Shown one piece after another: positions 43,436 through 55,203 of a stretch of 64,000 nucleotides of DNA; position 1 is the first letter of the stretch, and every line of letters starts with the position of its first letter. The notes under the pieces were generated by a model. It worked only from the letters and a program-made list of their open reading frames with translations, searched no databases and was not told the origin of the DNA. Source of the DNA: an uncultured Planctomycetaceae bacterium (lineage in GTDB: Bacteria > Planctomycetota > Planctomycetia > Planctomycetales > Planctomycetaceae); the NCBI GenBank assembly GCA_963813715.1, contig CAWFAK010000016.1, positions 384,001-448,000 of the forward strand. The letters run 5' to 3'. The position numbers and the translations under genes are program-made.

Positions 43436-43598
43436 GATCGATTTTTTCCTTCTGGTCGCGGGGGCAGGAGTGCGGCGCCGGGTGCTGACTGCCGAGTGAA
43501 CGCGGGGTCGCGTCGGGGCGTCGCATTTGCTGCCTTGTGGTTACCAGTCCGGTTTGCTGACGTCAACGCCGGCGATCACCATCACGCTGCGATCGCAG

Positions 43599-44553
43599 TC
43601 ACGATGCCAGCCTGCTTAAGGCAGCCGTGGCGTCGGCGATAAATTCGTCGACGATCTCCCGGCACGTTTGCACGGCGGCGATCCCGCCGCAACCCTGGCC
43701 GGCCGGGAAACAGTTGTGTGCCGGGTCGCGTTCGGCCATCTCGGGGAAGAGAAAGCCCAGCAGCCCGCGTTGGGCCATGAGTTCGGCCTGCTGCGGGAAC
43801 GGTTTGATTTCCTGCGGGCGGCGTTCCCAATCTTCGGTTGTCGCGTTGCGAAGGGCCCGCAGCGTCTTGCCCGTCCAGCAGCGCGAGATCGACCGTGTCA
43901 CTTTCGCTGGCCCGCACGATGGCTTGCTTGTAGACCTCGGCCGCCCGCGCTTCCTGCGAAGCGACGAACCGCGTGCCGACCCACACGCCCGCACACCCGA
44001 ACGCGAGCGCCGCCGCCAAGCCTCGGCCGTCGTAAATGCCACCGGCGGCCACGACGGGAATCGAGACGGCATCGACCGCTTGCGGGAACAGGGCGAACGA
44101 CCCGACTGAGCCTGTGTGCCCCCCCGCTTCCGAGCCTTGGGCGACAATCAAGTCGCAGCCGGCCTCCGCTGCCATCCGGGCGTGCTTCACGGTCGCGGTA
44201 ACTGTGATCACTTTCAGGCCCGCCTCGTGGCACAGGCCGATCACGCGACTGGGGACGCCGAGCCCGGCGGCAAAGCTGGTCGCTCCGCCGTCGATGATCC
44301 GCCGCACTTCTTCGATCGGGTTGTCGTTGAGCGCGTGCAACAGGTCGACGCCGAACGGCTTGTTCGTCAACAGCCGCACGCGGGCCATTTCTTCGCTGAT
44401 CTGGCCGGGAGTCAGGTCGCCTGCGCCCAGGACGCCGTAACCGCCAGCCTCGCTCACCGCCGCCACCACCTCGGCCAGCGAAACGCCGGCCATTCCGGCC
44501 AGCATGATCGGATAGCGGACGTTCAACAGTTCGGTCAGCCGCGTCTGCAACAT
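43599..44553 (-). CDS. Nitronate monooxygenase / FabK-like flavoprotein, frameshift near 43895
   Basis: YPIMLAGMAGVS, AQGSEAGGH, VVAAGGIYDGRG, VGTRF. Confidence 0.9.
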
Positions 44554-44693
44554 GGCCAGCTCATCTCCTTCGCGCCGGTGACGAGTGCAACAACGTGCCT
44601 CATCATACACGCCGAGCCCAGCGAAGGCGTCGAACTTGCCAGCGGGAGAGCGCAACCCGACGGCGTCCGCTGATCCGACCCGTCGTGGGACGC

Positions 44694-45844
44694 TCAGCGT
44701 TCGCGCCAGAGCACTTCGTCGGCGATGGCCAGGCGTGCCTGGACTTCGGCGACGTCGCGGCGAAAGCGGTGCGAGTCGCTCGGATAGCCGTGCGTCGGCT
44801 TCAGTTCCGGGAGATGTGTCCGCCAGAAGCGGTTGAACAGCTCCATCGTCAGCTCGCGGACATATTTCGAGACCATCGACGCCACGGCCACCGGAAAGTG
44901 TCGCTCGGCCTTGGCCTCGAAGCGGATTTCCGTCGGACCGACGCGATAGATGCTGGACCCTCGGGACTCGCCGCGGCAGACCACCATCCGGCCGTCGAGG
45001 CAGTCGACCAGTAGATCGCCGTAGTAGTTGCGGCCGCCGTGCTTGTCGGCGATGACGACCGTCGGCCCTGCATCGTCCGGGTTCCAGACTCGCCGCAGCA
45101 ACTGCAGATGGAGCCGCGACAGGCTCGTGGCCTTGTTTTCGGTGCGGCGGTTCTCGCGGTTCCAGCGCCTGGGGGAAACGACGTCGCTCCGGATGGCTCG
45201 CAGCCGCACGCCGGTAGCCTCGCAGATCGTCCGCCACTTCTCCGCCGCGATTGCAGCCGAGTGTCCCTGTTCGCTCACGGGCAGGGGCAGATCGACGTCA
45301 TCGGAGTACCAAAGATCGCGGGCGCGGCCGCCGCACTTGCCGTCGACGCTTCCATCTGTGTCATCCGACGCTGAATCGGGGCCCATCAATCCGTCGAGCA
45401 GCTCGTTGAGCGCCGCGGAACTTCCGACGCGATGCCAAACGTCGCCAGCACGCTTCGCTCGAGAGCTCCCAATCCGATGGCCGGGCTATAGACTTCTTTC
45501 GAGTCGGCGATGTGCAGGCGATCGCTCATCGTGAGCGGCGCCGATTGTTCTTCCGCGGCCGGGCTTTCTTCACACTCGGCAACGGCGACGGCTGCGTCGT
45601 CCATCGTTGCGGTGGATTTCTTGCGGCGCACGGTGCGGGTGGCTCGCTTGCGCACGGCCGGTTCTGCTTCGCCATCGTCCGTTGCTGCGGCAACTGCCTT
45701 ACGTTCGGCGATGTCGGCGAAGACCTGCCAGAAGTCGGTCCGATGGGGCCAACGTCCGGGAACTTCCCAAACCGTGGCGGTCAGCACCAACGGCCCGAAG
45801 TTCGGACCGTATCCGGCCTCATCCATTCCGATGACGATTCCCAT
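44694..45844 (-). CDS. Ribonuclease HII-like protein, frameshift near 45420
   Basis: GMDEAGYGP, ADSK, ADKHGGRNYY, VAVASMVSKYVRE, GYP. Confidence 0.75.
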
Positions 45845-45966
45845 GTCGGGGCGCGCTCCTCGCTTGCCGCGGGCAGACCGTCGTGTCTGCCGCTCGCGCC
45901 CCTGTTCTTAGCACAGACGGGAGGCCGATTTCAAACGCTCGGCGGCTCGACGGACGAATCGCTGCG

Positions 45967-48900
45967 CTATTGGAAGCGCAAGAGGCCGAACGATTCGGGC
46001 CGCGGCTTCGTCGACGCGGGCGGAACCCATGCCTCTTGCTTGACGGCCGGCGCCGTCCGCACGATGGCCAGGCCCCACGCCTCGCCCGGACGCGGCGGCT
46101 GCGGCACCATCTCCGAGAAGGGAATCATCCCTTCGATCCGCCAGCGCTCATCGTCCCCTTCGGCGCGGACGGCGATGTTCGGATCCCAGCTCGGGTCGTT
46201 CCAGCACGATTCGGCGATGCAGCCGCGCTGGTCGATGTCGATTTCGTACCAGGTCGTGCCGTCGCGATCGACGTCGAGAAAGAGGGCGATGCGGTCGTAA
46301 GCCGACAGATCCATGTCGTGCGTGCGGCCCAGCGTCATCGGCCCGTCCTTTGGCATTCCGGGCACGCGGGGAATCGACGCAGCGAAGTAGAGGAACTGCG
46401 CGTCGTGCGCGAACATCACGAAAGCGTGCGGCGCGTTGCCGGCGAGCGGCACCGCACTCGTCGACAGGGGAACCTCGACGGCCTCCTGCCAGCCGACGTC
46501 GGACAGCAGCCCGTCGATCGTCAACCGCTCGGTTGGCACCTGGCAGGTGACCGTTTTTTGCGGCAAGCGCTCGCCGATTTGCGCAGCAGCCAGCGACGCG
46601 GCGGTGAGCGCGTCGGACTTGGAAACGGCGCCGTCGGGTGCATCGGCATCGGTGGCGCCGGCCTGGACCACCTTGGATGTTTCGACCGCTTCACCCGGCA
46701 GCGAGGTCATTCCCGTCTCGCGCATCAGGGCGGCCAACGGAAACTGGATTGCCGGCGTGCGATAGAGGGAGGGCGACTTGCGGCGGATGAGCGCGGCCAT
46801 CTTCAGGGCCGAGTCGCGCTGACCGGCCCAACGCAGTCCGGCCATGTCGGACTTGCCGTAGTGTAGCTGGCGTGACGTCGTGACCAGTCTCAACGGATCG
46901 GGCCCGTCGAGCGCGCCGGGATCGCGGTCCTTGGGTTCGACGGCGGCCTGGGCGAGGGCCTTATCGATCTTTTCCTCGAGCACCGATGAGTTAACCTGGA
47001 CGTGCGACGTCCGCACCGACTCTTTCCGCAGGCGTTGATAGGTCAGCTCGGCCGACGTCCAGTATTGAAACAGCCATTGCATCGCGTCGAACGTGGCCGG
47101 CTCGTCTGGGAATCGCTCCACCAGGTCCATCAGCGTGACCTCGGCCAGTTCCCACTGTGCGTTCCGCCGATAGGCGTCGGCCAACAGCACGAGCTGCAGC
47201 GCCGCGGACGCATTGTCGATTCCGCCGGTTTGCTGGTGCAGCATGCCGATCAGGTCAGCTCCCGCCGCGCCGCCGACCACGCGTTGCCGAACCATCGCGC
47301 GAAAGTTGCGGTCCCTCCTCGCGAGGCGTTCGGCTTGCTCATTGACCTCGCTGGTCACATTGCGAAGCCGACGTCGCGCGTCGGTCCCCGGCCCCAGCCC
47401 GATGCCCGTGAAGAAATCACGCAGCGCGGTCATCCGCGGGTCGGTGCCGTTCGCGTCCGGAGCGACGTCCACCAGTCGATAGGCCTCGGTTTCCGTGACA
47501 GCCGACTCGACCGGAATCAACAGGCTGGCGCCGCCGTGGCCAGCGTGACGACCGACGAGCCGTGCCGCGGCAGAATTTCCTGAGCGTCGAGCCGGCAGTC
47601 CCCCGCGCTGCCCGTGGGCAACCGCATGAAGACTCGCGCGGTGGTCCACGGGGCCAGACCCGCAACGCGCGTCTGCTCGGGAAACGCTGCCGGATCGCCG
47701 GCTTGTCGCACGGCCCCCATCAGCGCGTTGGCCAGCACGGTTCCCGCCGCGTCGTCGGCCGCGGGCTGATCGAAAATCACGACCGTCGGCCGCCACATGC
47801 GAATCTGGCAGACGAGGTGGCCGTAGAACATCGGCTGAAACTTGCCTTCCGTGCGCCGCATCCAGTCGGCCACAAGCTTTTGCGGATCGCGGTCGAGCCC
47901 CGGAACGTCGAGCGGAAAACGCCAGCCGGTCACGCCCTGCGAGCCGCCGGCAACAGTCACCGCTTCGTGTAGTTTGAGATCAAGGGTTGCATCGCGGGCT
48001 CCTTCCCCCTCGGCCTGGCCGCGGATGGGAAGGAGGACGACGCTGCGATAGCCCAACTCGCCCGATTCCTTGGCCAGTGCATTGAACGAGATGCGATCGG
48101 GCCGCGACTGCACGGCCAAAAACGCCGCCCGGCGTTTGCCCGCCCGCGACGGTTCCCACGTTTGGCCGCCGTCCGCCGTGTGCAGAATGCAGCCGAAGGT
48201 GCCGACGGCACACCCCGAGTTGTCCGTCGCAAAGGCGAGCCGTTCGAGCGGCGCCGTCTGGCCCGTCGGCTGAGGCCGCCAGCTGCGGCCGCCATCCGGC
48301 GAATGCCAGATCACGCTCCCCGGCGAGCCGGCGATCCACAACCGTTCGCCGCGCACGACCAACGCGTGGAAATTGAAGATGCTGCGTGCCTCGTCGGGCA
48401 GGGGCGTCGTCGGCGTTTCCCAGACCACGCCGCGATTGTGCGTGCGGAGGACTAGCGCCTCGTCGCCGACCATCCAGCCGCTGTCGTCGCGACCGAGCTT
48501 CACATCGTAGAGACCGCGGAGACCGAAGCGGCCGGCGCGGACGTCGAGCACGCGTCCGCCGTCGATGCGGGCCGCTTCCCCCTCGAGGCCGGCAACCACG
48601 CCGAGGCTTGGCGCCAGAAAATCGGCCGCCCGCCAACCGTCGTGCCGCGGGCCCTCGACCGGTTGCCACGTGCGGCCGCCGTCAGCCGTGGTAATCACGC
48701 CGGCGGGAAACTCGGACGTGGGCTCGCCGACTACGACGCCCGCGTCGGGCGAGAAGAACCGCACGTAATGCAATTGCGGGAGGGGCCGCCCGCTCCGCGC
48801 AAGATTTGTCCACGTCTTGCCGCCGTCTCGCGTCGACAGGATGGCGCCCACGCCGACGCGCGTGAATGGCGTTGTCGCTCCGCCGGCCACCCAGCCGATG

Positions 48901-49244
48901 CGATCGGTCAGAAAGCAGACGCTGCGCAGCACGCAATCCGCCGGGATGGGCAAGAGCTTCCAGGTCTGGCCGCCGTCTTCAGTCCGCCACACGGTGCCAC
49001 GATCGCCGACGCTCCAGCCATCGCGGCTGCCGAGAAAACAGACGTCGTGCAGGTTGGCGTCATCCCGCAGCGCTTCGTCAACGAGCGGCGTCCGCGCGGG
49101 AGCGGGCGCGGGTGAATTTGACGTGACGGCCGGACCGGTTGGCGGCGGCGGCGACGATTGGGCTGCGGCCGGGCGAGGAATGTTGACGCAGCAGACGGCC
49201 AGCAGCGCCCCGGCCATCCAGGCGCTCGCGCGAGGAAAGTCCAT
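45967..49244 (-). CDS. Large exported YCF48/BNR-repeat beta-propeller protein with middle PIG-L-like region and C-terminal CBM9-like domain, frameshift near 47530
   Basis: Signal peptide; repeated T.DGG.TW; C-terminal TIDGLLSD..W...AHDAQFLYF...WRIEGMIPF. Confidence 0.8.
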
Positions 49245-49336
49245 CCTTGGATCTCCTGCCGAGTCGACGTGCGCTTGACCGAGGTCGGGTGGATTCGGCG
49301 CGGCGGCGGCCGGACCACCTTGATATGGGCGAAGCG

Positions 49337-49630
49337 TTAACTCGGGTGGGGGAAGAACGTGCCGACGACGTGCCCCGAGACCACGGTGAAGTGGAGCTTG
49401 CCATCTTCAATACTGGCGTCGGGGAGCAGGAATTCGTCGATCTCTTTGAGCAATTCGGGGATTTTTTTGTCGGGGAAGACTTTGTCGTCGAGGACGATCA
49501 CCGTCCCGACGACGCGCTCGCCCGGAAGATAATGCAGCTCGACGGCGCCGCTGTCCTGGCCCGGCTCGGCCTGGATCAGAAAACGCTCGGAGTAGGGAGT
49601 TCGCAGCGAACGCACAAAATGCAGGGCCAT
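49337..49630 (-). CDS. Hypothetical protein (97 aa)
   Basis: MALHFVRSLRTPYSERFLI...; compact alpha/beta composition; same strand as its neighbours. Confidence 0.7.
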   Translation of the reverse strand: MALHFVRSLRTPYSERFLIQAEPGQDSGAVELHYLPGERVVGTVIVLDDKVFPDKKIPELLKEIDEFLLPDASIEDGKLHFTVVSGHVVGTFFPHPS

Positions 49631-49914
49631 AACTCGCACTCACCCGAAGAAGTAAAGGAGAGGGATGCCGGCTCCGACGCCAAAACCATCAGGAGGACCA
49701 CGCCCATGCAGCCGGACGCCTGCCCGCGCGATTTCCCCTCGCTGCTGCGATAGTGCAGGCCCGTTCCGGGAACGGTGAGGGCCTCGTACCGCCGGCCCTT
49801 GGCGTTGACGCCGACGCGAAAATCCTTGCCGCCGACCGAATAGCCGACGCCTCCCTTACTCAGGTTGACGCGGAACGGCCCAAAGTTGACGCTTTTGCGA
49901 TAGCTCCATCCCAT
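49576..49914 (-). CDS. DUF4236 domain protein with C-terminal TM (true stop probably near 49640)
   Basis: MGWSYRKSVNFGPFRVNLSKGGVGYSVG...PGTGLHY. Confidence 0.85.
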   Translation of the reverse strand: MGWSYRKSVNFGPFRVNLSKGGVGYSVGGKDFRVGVNAKGRRYEALTVPGTGLHYRSSEGKSRGQASGCMGVVLLMVLASEPASLSFTSSGECELWPCILCVRCELPTPSVF

Positions 49915-50118
49915 GGCCCGTCGGTCCTTCGGCCGGATGCCGCTTGGCGCTCAAGGTTTGTCACGCTGGGTCCAACCAACTGATGGACTCGCAACGCCTT
50001 TCGTCATGCCGGTTTGCTGCGAGAGGATAGTGGAAGCGGGCAGGGGAATCCAGACGGGTTTTGTTACAATGCGGGCCTTGAGCGATCCGTCAGCGACAAA
50101 CACGCAATCTAGAGGTCG

Positions 50119-51492
50119 ATGAAGACAATTCGCGTAGGAAACGGCGCCGGGTTTTGGGGTGACAACCTCGATGCGCCCCGCCGCCTCTGCGAAGGGGCGC
50201 AGCTCGACTATCTGACGCTCGAATACCTGGCCGAGCTGACGATGTCGATCCTCGCGCACCAGAAGTCGCGGAATCCCGCCGCAGGCTGGGTGACCGACTT
50301 CGAGATCGTGCTCCGCGATCTGCTCCCCGCTCTTCGCGCTCAACCGGGCCTCAAGATTGTGACCAACGCCGGCGGGATGAACGCGGCCGGCTGCGCGGCG
50401 GCCGTCTCGCGAGTGCTCGCGGAAGCGGGACTCGCGGAGGCGCCGATCGGCATCGTCACCGGGGACGATCTCTTGCCGCGGCTCGACGAACTGACCCGCG
50501 CGGGCGAAACGTTGGCCCACTTCGAGACGGGCGAAGCGATCGACGCGGTCCGCAGCCGGATCGTCAGCGCCAACGCTTACCTCGGAGCAGCCGGCATCGT
50601 CGAGGCCTTCGCCGCCGGGGCGCGGATCGTCATCACCGGACGCGTGGCCGATGCTTCGCTCACCGTCGGGCCGGCCGTGCACGAATTGGGCTGGACCTTT
50701 CGCGACTGGGAGCGGCTCGCCGCGGCGACCGTGGCCGGCCACCTGATCGAATGCGGCGGACAGTGCACCGGCGGCATGTACTCCGGCTGGACGCCCGACA
50801 TTCGTCTGGCCGACATCGGCTATCCGATTGCCGAGATCAGCGAGCAGGCCGACGTCACGATCACCAAGCCCGCCGGCACGGGCGGCCTGGTGACGGTCGA
50901 AACGGTGTCCGAGCAGTTGCTCTACGAGATCGGCGATCCGGCCCACTACCTCACTCCCGACATCGACACCGACTTTACGCAGGTTCGCCTGACGCAAGCC
51001 GGCCCCGATCGCGTGAGCATGACGGGGGCCCGGGGCAATTCGGCTCCCGAGAAGTTCAAAGTCTCGATCGCCTATCAGGACGGCTACCTCGTCTCGTCGA
51101 CGTTGACGATCTGCGGCCCCCACGCGGTCGAGACGGCGCGCTCGGCCGGAGCGACGATTCTGGAAAAGCTGCGCTTGGCCGGCGTCATGCCCGCGCGGAC
51201 GAATGTCGAAGTGCTCGGCGCCGGCGACACGGCTCCGGGGTTGCCCGGCGAGCGGGCCGCGCCTTGGGAGGTCGTGCTGCGGGTGAGTGCGGCCGATCCG
51301 TCGCGGGCCGTGCTCGAGCGCTTCACCTGTGAGTTCGCGCCGCTGGTGACGGCCGGGCAGCCCGGGGTGACGGGCTATGTCGGCGGCCGGGCCAAGACCC
51401 GACCCGTGCTCGCCTACTGGCCGACCACGATTTCCCGCGAACAGGTCGCCGCGCGGTCGACGGTGAAAACGGCCCGGGAGTGGATCGCATGA
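50119..51492 (+). CDS. Acyclic terpene utilization AtuA family protein (DUF1446)
   Basis: RVGNGAGFWGD, EYLAELTM, TNAGGMN, GHLIECGGQCTGG, EQLLYEI. Confidence 0.93.
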   Translation: MKTIRVGNGAGFWGDNLDAPRRLCEGAQLDYLTLEYLAELTMSILAHQKSRNPAAGWVTDFEIVLRDLLPALRAQPGLKIVTNAGGMNAAGCAAAVSRVLAEAGLAEAPIGIVTGDDLLPRLDELTRAGETLAHFETGEAIDAVRSRIVSANAYLGAAGIVEAFAAGARIVITGRVADASLTVGPAVHELGWTFRDWERLAAATVAGHLIECGGQCTGGMYSGWTPDIRLADIGYPIAEISEQADVTITKPAGTGGLVTVETVSEQLLYEIGDPAHYLTPDIDTDFTQVRLTQAGPDRVSMTGARGNSAPEKFKVSIAYQDGYLVSSTLTICGPHAVETARSAGATILEKLRLAGVMPARTNVEVLGAGDTAPGLPGERAAPWEVVLRVSAADPSRAVLERFTCEFAPLVTAGQPGVTGYVGGRAKTRPVLAYWPTTISREQVAARSTVKTAREWIA

Positions 51493-51869
51493 ACGGCACG
51501 ATCCGCCTCGGCGAAATTGCCCACGCCCGCTCCGGCGACAAAGGGAACCACGCAAACGTCGGCGTGATCGCCTTCACTCCCGAGGGCTTTCGCTACCTGG
51601 CCAAGGTGCTGACCGAGGCCCGCGTTGCCGAGTATTTTTTGCCGCTGCGGCCGACCGAGGTGCGGCGCTACGAGCTGCCGGGCGTGAGCGCGTACAACTT
51701 TTTGTTGTTCAACGTGCTGGGCGGCGGAGCGAGCCGCTCGCTGCGAACCGACAGCCAGGGCAAGACGCTCGCGCTGGCGCTTTTGGAAATGCCGATTCCC
51801 GCGCCCCCGCCCGCAGACCTTGAGCGGATGCGACGACCGGCGTCCGCAACCCATCCCCAAACCGCTTAA
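51489..51869 (+). CDS. AtuA C-terminal (ferredoxin-fold) partner protein
   Basis: HARSGDKGNHANVGV...VRRYELPG...LGGG..SLRTDSQGK; ATGA overlap. Confidence 0.88.
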   Translation: MNGTIRLGEIAHARSGDKGNHANVGVIAFTPEGFRYLAKVLTEARVAEYFLPLRPTEVRRYELPGVSAYNFLLFNVLGGGASRSLRTDSQGKTLALALLEMPIPAPPPADLERMRRPASATHPQTA

Positions 51870-51891
51870 GACTCCCCGAGGCGACCTCACG

Positions 51892-52699
51892 ATGACCGAG
51901 CGGCTCGTCAAACTGACGATGACGGACGACGGCGTGGCCCAGGTGACGCTCGATCGTCCGGCCCGACGCAACGCACTCACGCGCGAACTGCTGTCTCAGC
52001 TTTCGGCCACCGTGGCCGAGGCGGCGGCCAACCCGGCGACGCGGCTGCTCGTGCTCGAAGGCAATGGTCCGGCGTTTTGCGCGGGGATGGATCTCGACGA
52101 GATGCAGCAGCGGGCGGCGGCTCCCGACGCTCGCGCCAGTGGGACCAGGATGCGGCCGGCTTCCGCGACGCGCTTGTCGCCATTCTCAAGGTCGACATGC
52201 CGACCTTGGCCGTCGTGCACGGGCCGGCGATCGCCGGCGGATTCGGCATCGTGCTGGCCTGCGACCTGGTGCTGGCGACGCCCGCCGCCAAATTCGCGCT
52301 GCCCGAAGTGAAGCGGGGAATCAGCCCGGCCGTCGTCTCGCCGCTGTTGCTTTATCGCATCGGCCACGGGCCGGCGATGCCGCTGTTACTGGAAGGGGGC
52401 ACGATCAACGGCGACGAAGCGTACCGCTTGGGGCTGTGCCATTACCTGGCGCCGGCCGAACAGCTCGCCGAGCGGCGTCGCGAATTGGTGGCGGCGCTCC
52501 TGGGCGGGCGCCGCAGGCGCTGGCGGTCACCAAGCGGCTCGTCCGCAGCTTCGCCCTCGATACGCTCATCCACCAACTCGAAGCGGGACGCAAAGTCTCG
52601 GCCGAGGCCCGCGGTTCGAGCGAAGCCCGCGAAGGACTGGCCGCGTTCCGCGAGAAGCGCGAGCCGAAGTGGGTCCCGCCCCGCGATGCTGGCGGATAG
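51892..52699 (+). CDS. Enoyl-CoA hydratase/isomerase (methylglutaconyl-CoA hydratase-like), frameshifts near 52135 and 52505
   Basis: RRNAL, FCAGMDL, GPAIAGGFG, LPEVKRGI, EAREGLAAFREKREP. Confidence 0.9.
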
Positions 52700-53015
52700 A
52701 TCGAGGCGTGAGGCGATCGACCCTCATTGCGCAGCCGGCGCGCGGCGGATACAATTGACCAGAGAAACGTCCGTGCGAGACTTGAGCGCCGCGCTCCGTC
52801 ACCTGACGCCGCGCGGAACGTGCTTCTTCTCCGTCAGGAGATTGCGAAATGTCCGGAAAAGGTCGTCAATCGGTCCGCCGGCCCGCGACCAAGCTGCCGC
52901 ACCTCCGTAAGAAGATGGCCCAAGTGGCGCCGCGGGACCGCACGCGCGGCGGTAAAACTTTCGGGAAGTAATCCTGCTGCTGGGCGTTTCAGCCGTGCGC
53001 CGAGATCCTTCCACG

Positions 53016-53952
53016 CTAGTTCCGCAGGGCAAGCAAACCGCGGAGTTGCATCCAGTCGTGCAGCCGGGCCGGCCACGTTCCCAAGGCGAAGGCGATCTTG
53101 GGGTCCTTCGTGCCGAGACCCAGGCCGTGCCGGCCTTTTTCGTAAACGTGCATTTCGGCCGGGACGCCCGCTTTTCGCAGCGCGAGGAAGAACTCGATGC
53201 TGTTCTCGACAGGCACGGCATTGTCTTCGGCGGTGTGGAACAGAAATGTCGGCGGCGTTTGGGCCGTGACCTGAGTTTCGTTCGACAGGCTCTCCGCCAG
53301 GCCCTTTTCCGGGTTGGGGCCGAGCAAGTTCTTCTTCGATCCGCCGTGGCCGAACTTGTCCGACATGGTGATCACCGGATAGGCGAGGATCGCAAAATCG
53401 GGCCGGCAGCTCTGGTGGTCAATCGGGTCGGAGGCGTCCGGCTTGCCTGCGTCGAAGTGCGTGGCGGCCGTTGAGGCCAGGTGTCCGCCGGCCGAAAAGC
53501 CCATCACGCCGACACGGTGCGGATCGATGTGCCATTCGCCCGCTTTCTCCCGCACGATCCGCATGGCCCGCTGCACGTCCTGCAGGGGCGACGGGATGGT
53601 GATAGTCGGGAGCCAGCCGGTACTTGAGCACGAAACCGGCGACGCCGAAGGTGTTGAAGTATTCGGCCACGTCGTGACCTTCGTAGTCGATCGCCAGGTG
53701 TTGATAGCCGCCGCCCGGGCAGATGACCACGGCGCAGCCGTTGGCGATGGCGGGAGCGGGCAAATGCACGGTCAGCGTCGGCTTGTCTTTGTCGGCCGTG
53801 CCATGCGCTCCGGGAGCCCCCTCGGGCCAGAGCAGGATCACTGGTTTACCGGCCGCCGATTGGTCGGCCGCAGCGACGCAATTCACGAGAGTCAGGAATG
53901 CGGCCGCTGCAGCGATCCCGGCCGCACCAAAACGGCATCGTCGTCGAATCAT
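53016..53952 (-). CDS. Exported alpha/beta hydrolase (carbohydrate esterase-like), frameshift near 53590
   Basis: [33 protein letters not shown]. Confidence 0.9.
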
Positions 53953-53971
53953 GAGTGCTCTCTCCCGGAAG

Positions 53972-55141
53972 TCAGTAGACGTTTTCACGGAGCACGCTCA
54001 GTGGGTAGAACGTGTCGCGCCAGCGTACGCCCTGTCGCTTCAGCGTCAAGTAAGCCGACCGCCACATCGTATAAAGCAGCGCGAGAATCGCGACAGGCAA
54101 CCCGAGTGAAACAACAGCGGACGACCCGAGCATCCGCGCCGTGACGGCTGTCGCCGCGTGTAAAAACAGCACGCTCGCCAGCCAGCCGCTTCCCCGCAAG
54201 TCGGGCCAGATCAGAATGGCCGCGTACGGGAATAAGTTGAAGAGCACGACGACGAGCGAATACCCCACCAGCTTGACGAGCGAATACTCGAAGATGGCGA
54301 AGCCGTTCTTTTCCAGGCCGCGAATCACGCCGAAGAACGAGTCTTGCCATTGCACGCTCAGTCCGCCGCCCGCGTCGAGCGCGTCCTGCTTGAGGCCGCT
54401 GTGCTTGATGAGCTTGCCGAGCTTCACGTCGTCCAGCACGTCCAGGCGAATGGCCGCATGCCCGCCGCAGTGCTCGTAGGCCGAGCGTCGCACCAAATTG
54501 AACGCGCCCATCCCCAGGTACGACATGCGAAAGGGCGTCCGCACGAGCCAAGGCTGCGCCCCGATGCACAACAGCACGAAAAAGTACGCGTGCAGCACCT
54601 GCTCGAAGAAGCCGCTGCATTCGAGATGCGGCGCCAGCGTCAGGTGGTCGAGCGAGCCTCCTTCGCAGGCGGTTACCGCCTTGCGCAGGATGTCGGTGGC
54701 GAAGAAGACGTCGGCGTCAGTAAAGAGTAAGTAATCGCCGAGCGCGCGGGCGGCAGCCACGTGCATCGCGTGGCTCTTGCCCAGCCAGCCCTCGGGCAGC
54801 GCGTCGAGGTGGATCACGACAAGCCGCGGATCCTCGGCCGCCAGGCGGTCGAGGATCGCGCCCGTGGCGTCCCGCGAGCGGTCGTCGACGGCGATCAGCT
54901 CGAAGTTCGGGTAATCGAGGGCCAGCTTGGAGCGCATGGCGGCCTCGATCTTGGCCGCTTCGTCGCGGGCCGGCACGATAATCGAGACTTTGGGCCAGTC
55001 AACCGGCGGCTTGAGCGCGGCGACGACGGAATCGAGGGGCCGCCAGAGCAGGCTGATGAGCGACGGGGCCACACCCGCGACCCAAAAGACGAAGATTAGC
55101 CAGCCGACAACCAGGATCACGAGCGACATGGCGAGCATCAT
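53972..55141 (-). CDS. Glycosyltransferase family 2, membrane-anchored
   Basis: SIIVPARDE, DDRSRD, GWLGK, FTDAD, LDDVKLG. Confidence 0.92.
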   Translation of the reverse strand: MMLAMSLVILVVGWLIFVFWVAGVAPSLISLLWRPLDSVVAALKPPVDWPKVSIIVPARDEAAKIEAAMRSKLALDYPNFELIAVDDRSRDATGAILDRLAAEDPRLVVIHLDALPEGWLGKSHAMHVAAARALGDYLLFTDADVFFATDILRKAVTACEGGSLDHLTLAPHLECSGFFEQVLHAYFFVLLCIGAQPWLVRTPFRMSYLGMGAFNLVRRSAYEHCGGHAAIRLDVLDDVKLGKLIKHSGLKQDALDAGGGLSVQWQDSFFGVIRGLEKNGFAIFEYSLVKLVGYSLVVVLFNLFPYAAILIWPDLRGSGWLASVLFLHAATAVTARMLGSSAVVSLGLPVAILALLYTMWRSAYLTLKRQGVRWRDTFYPLSVLRENVY

Positions 55142-55203
55142 CGAGAGTCGATCGAGCGATTGTCAATCAGCGGCGCGGTTTGTTCCCCCCGCGGCCTGAG
55201 CTT

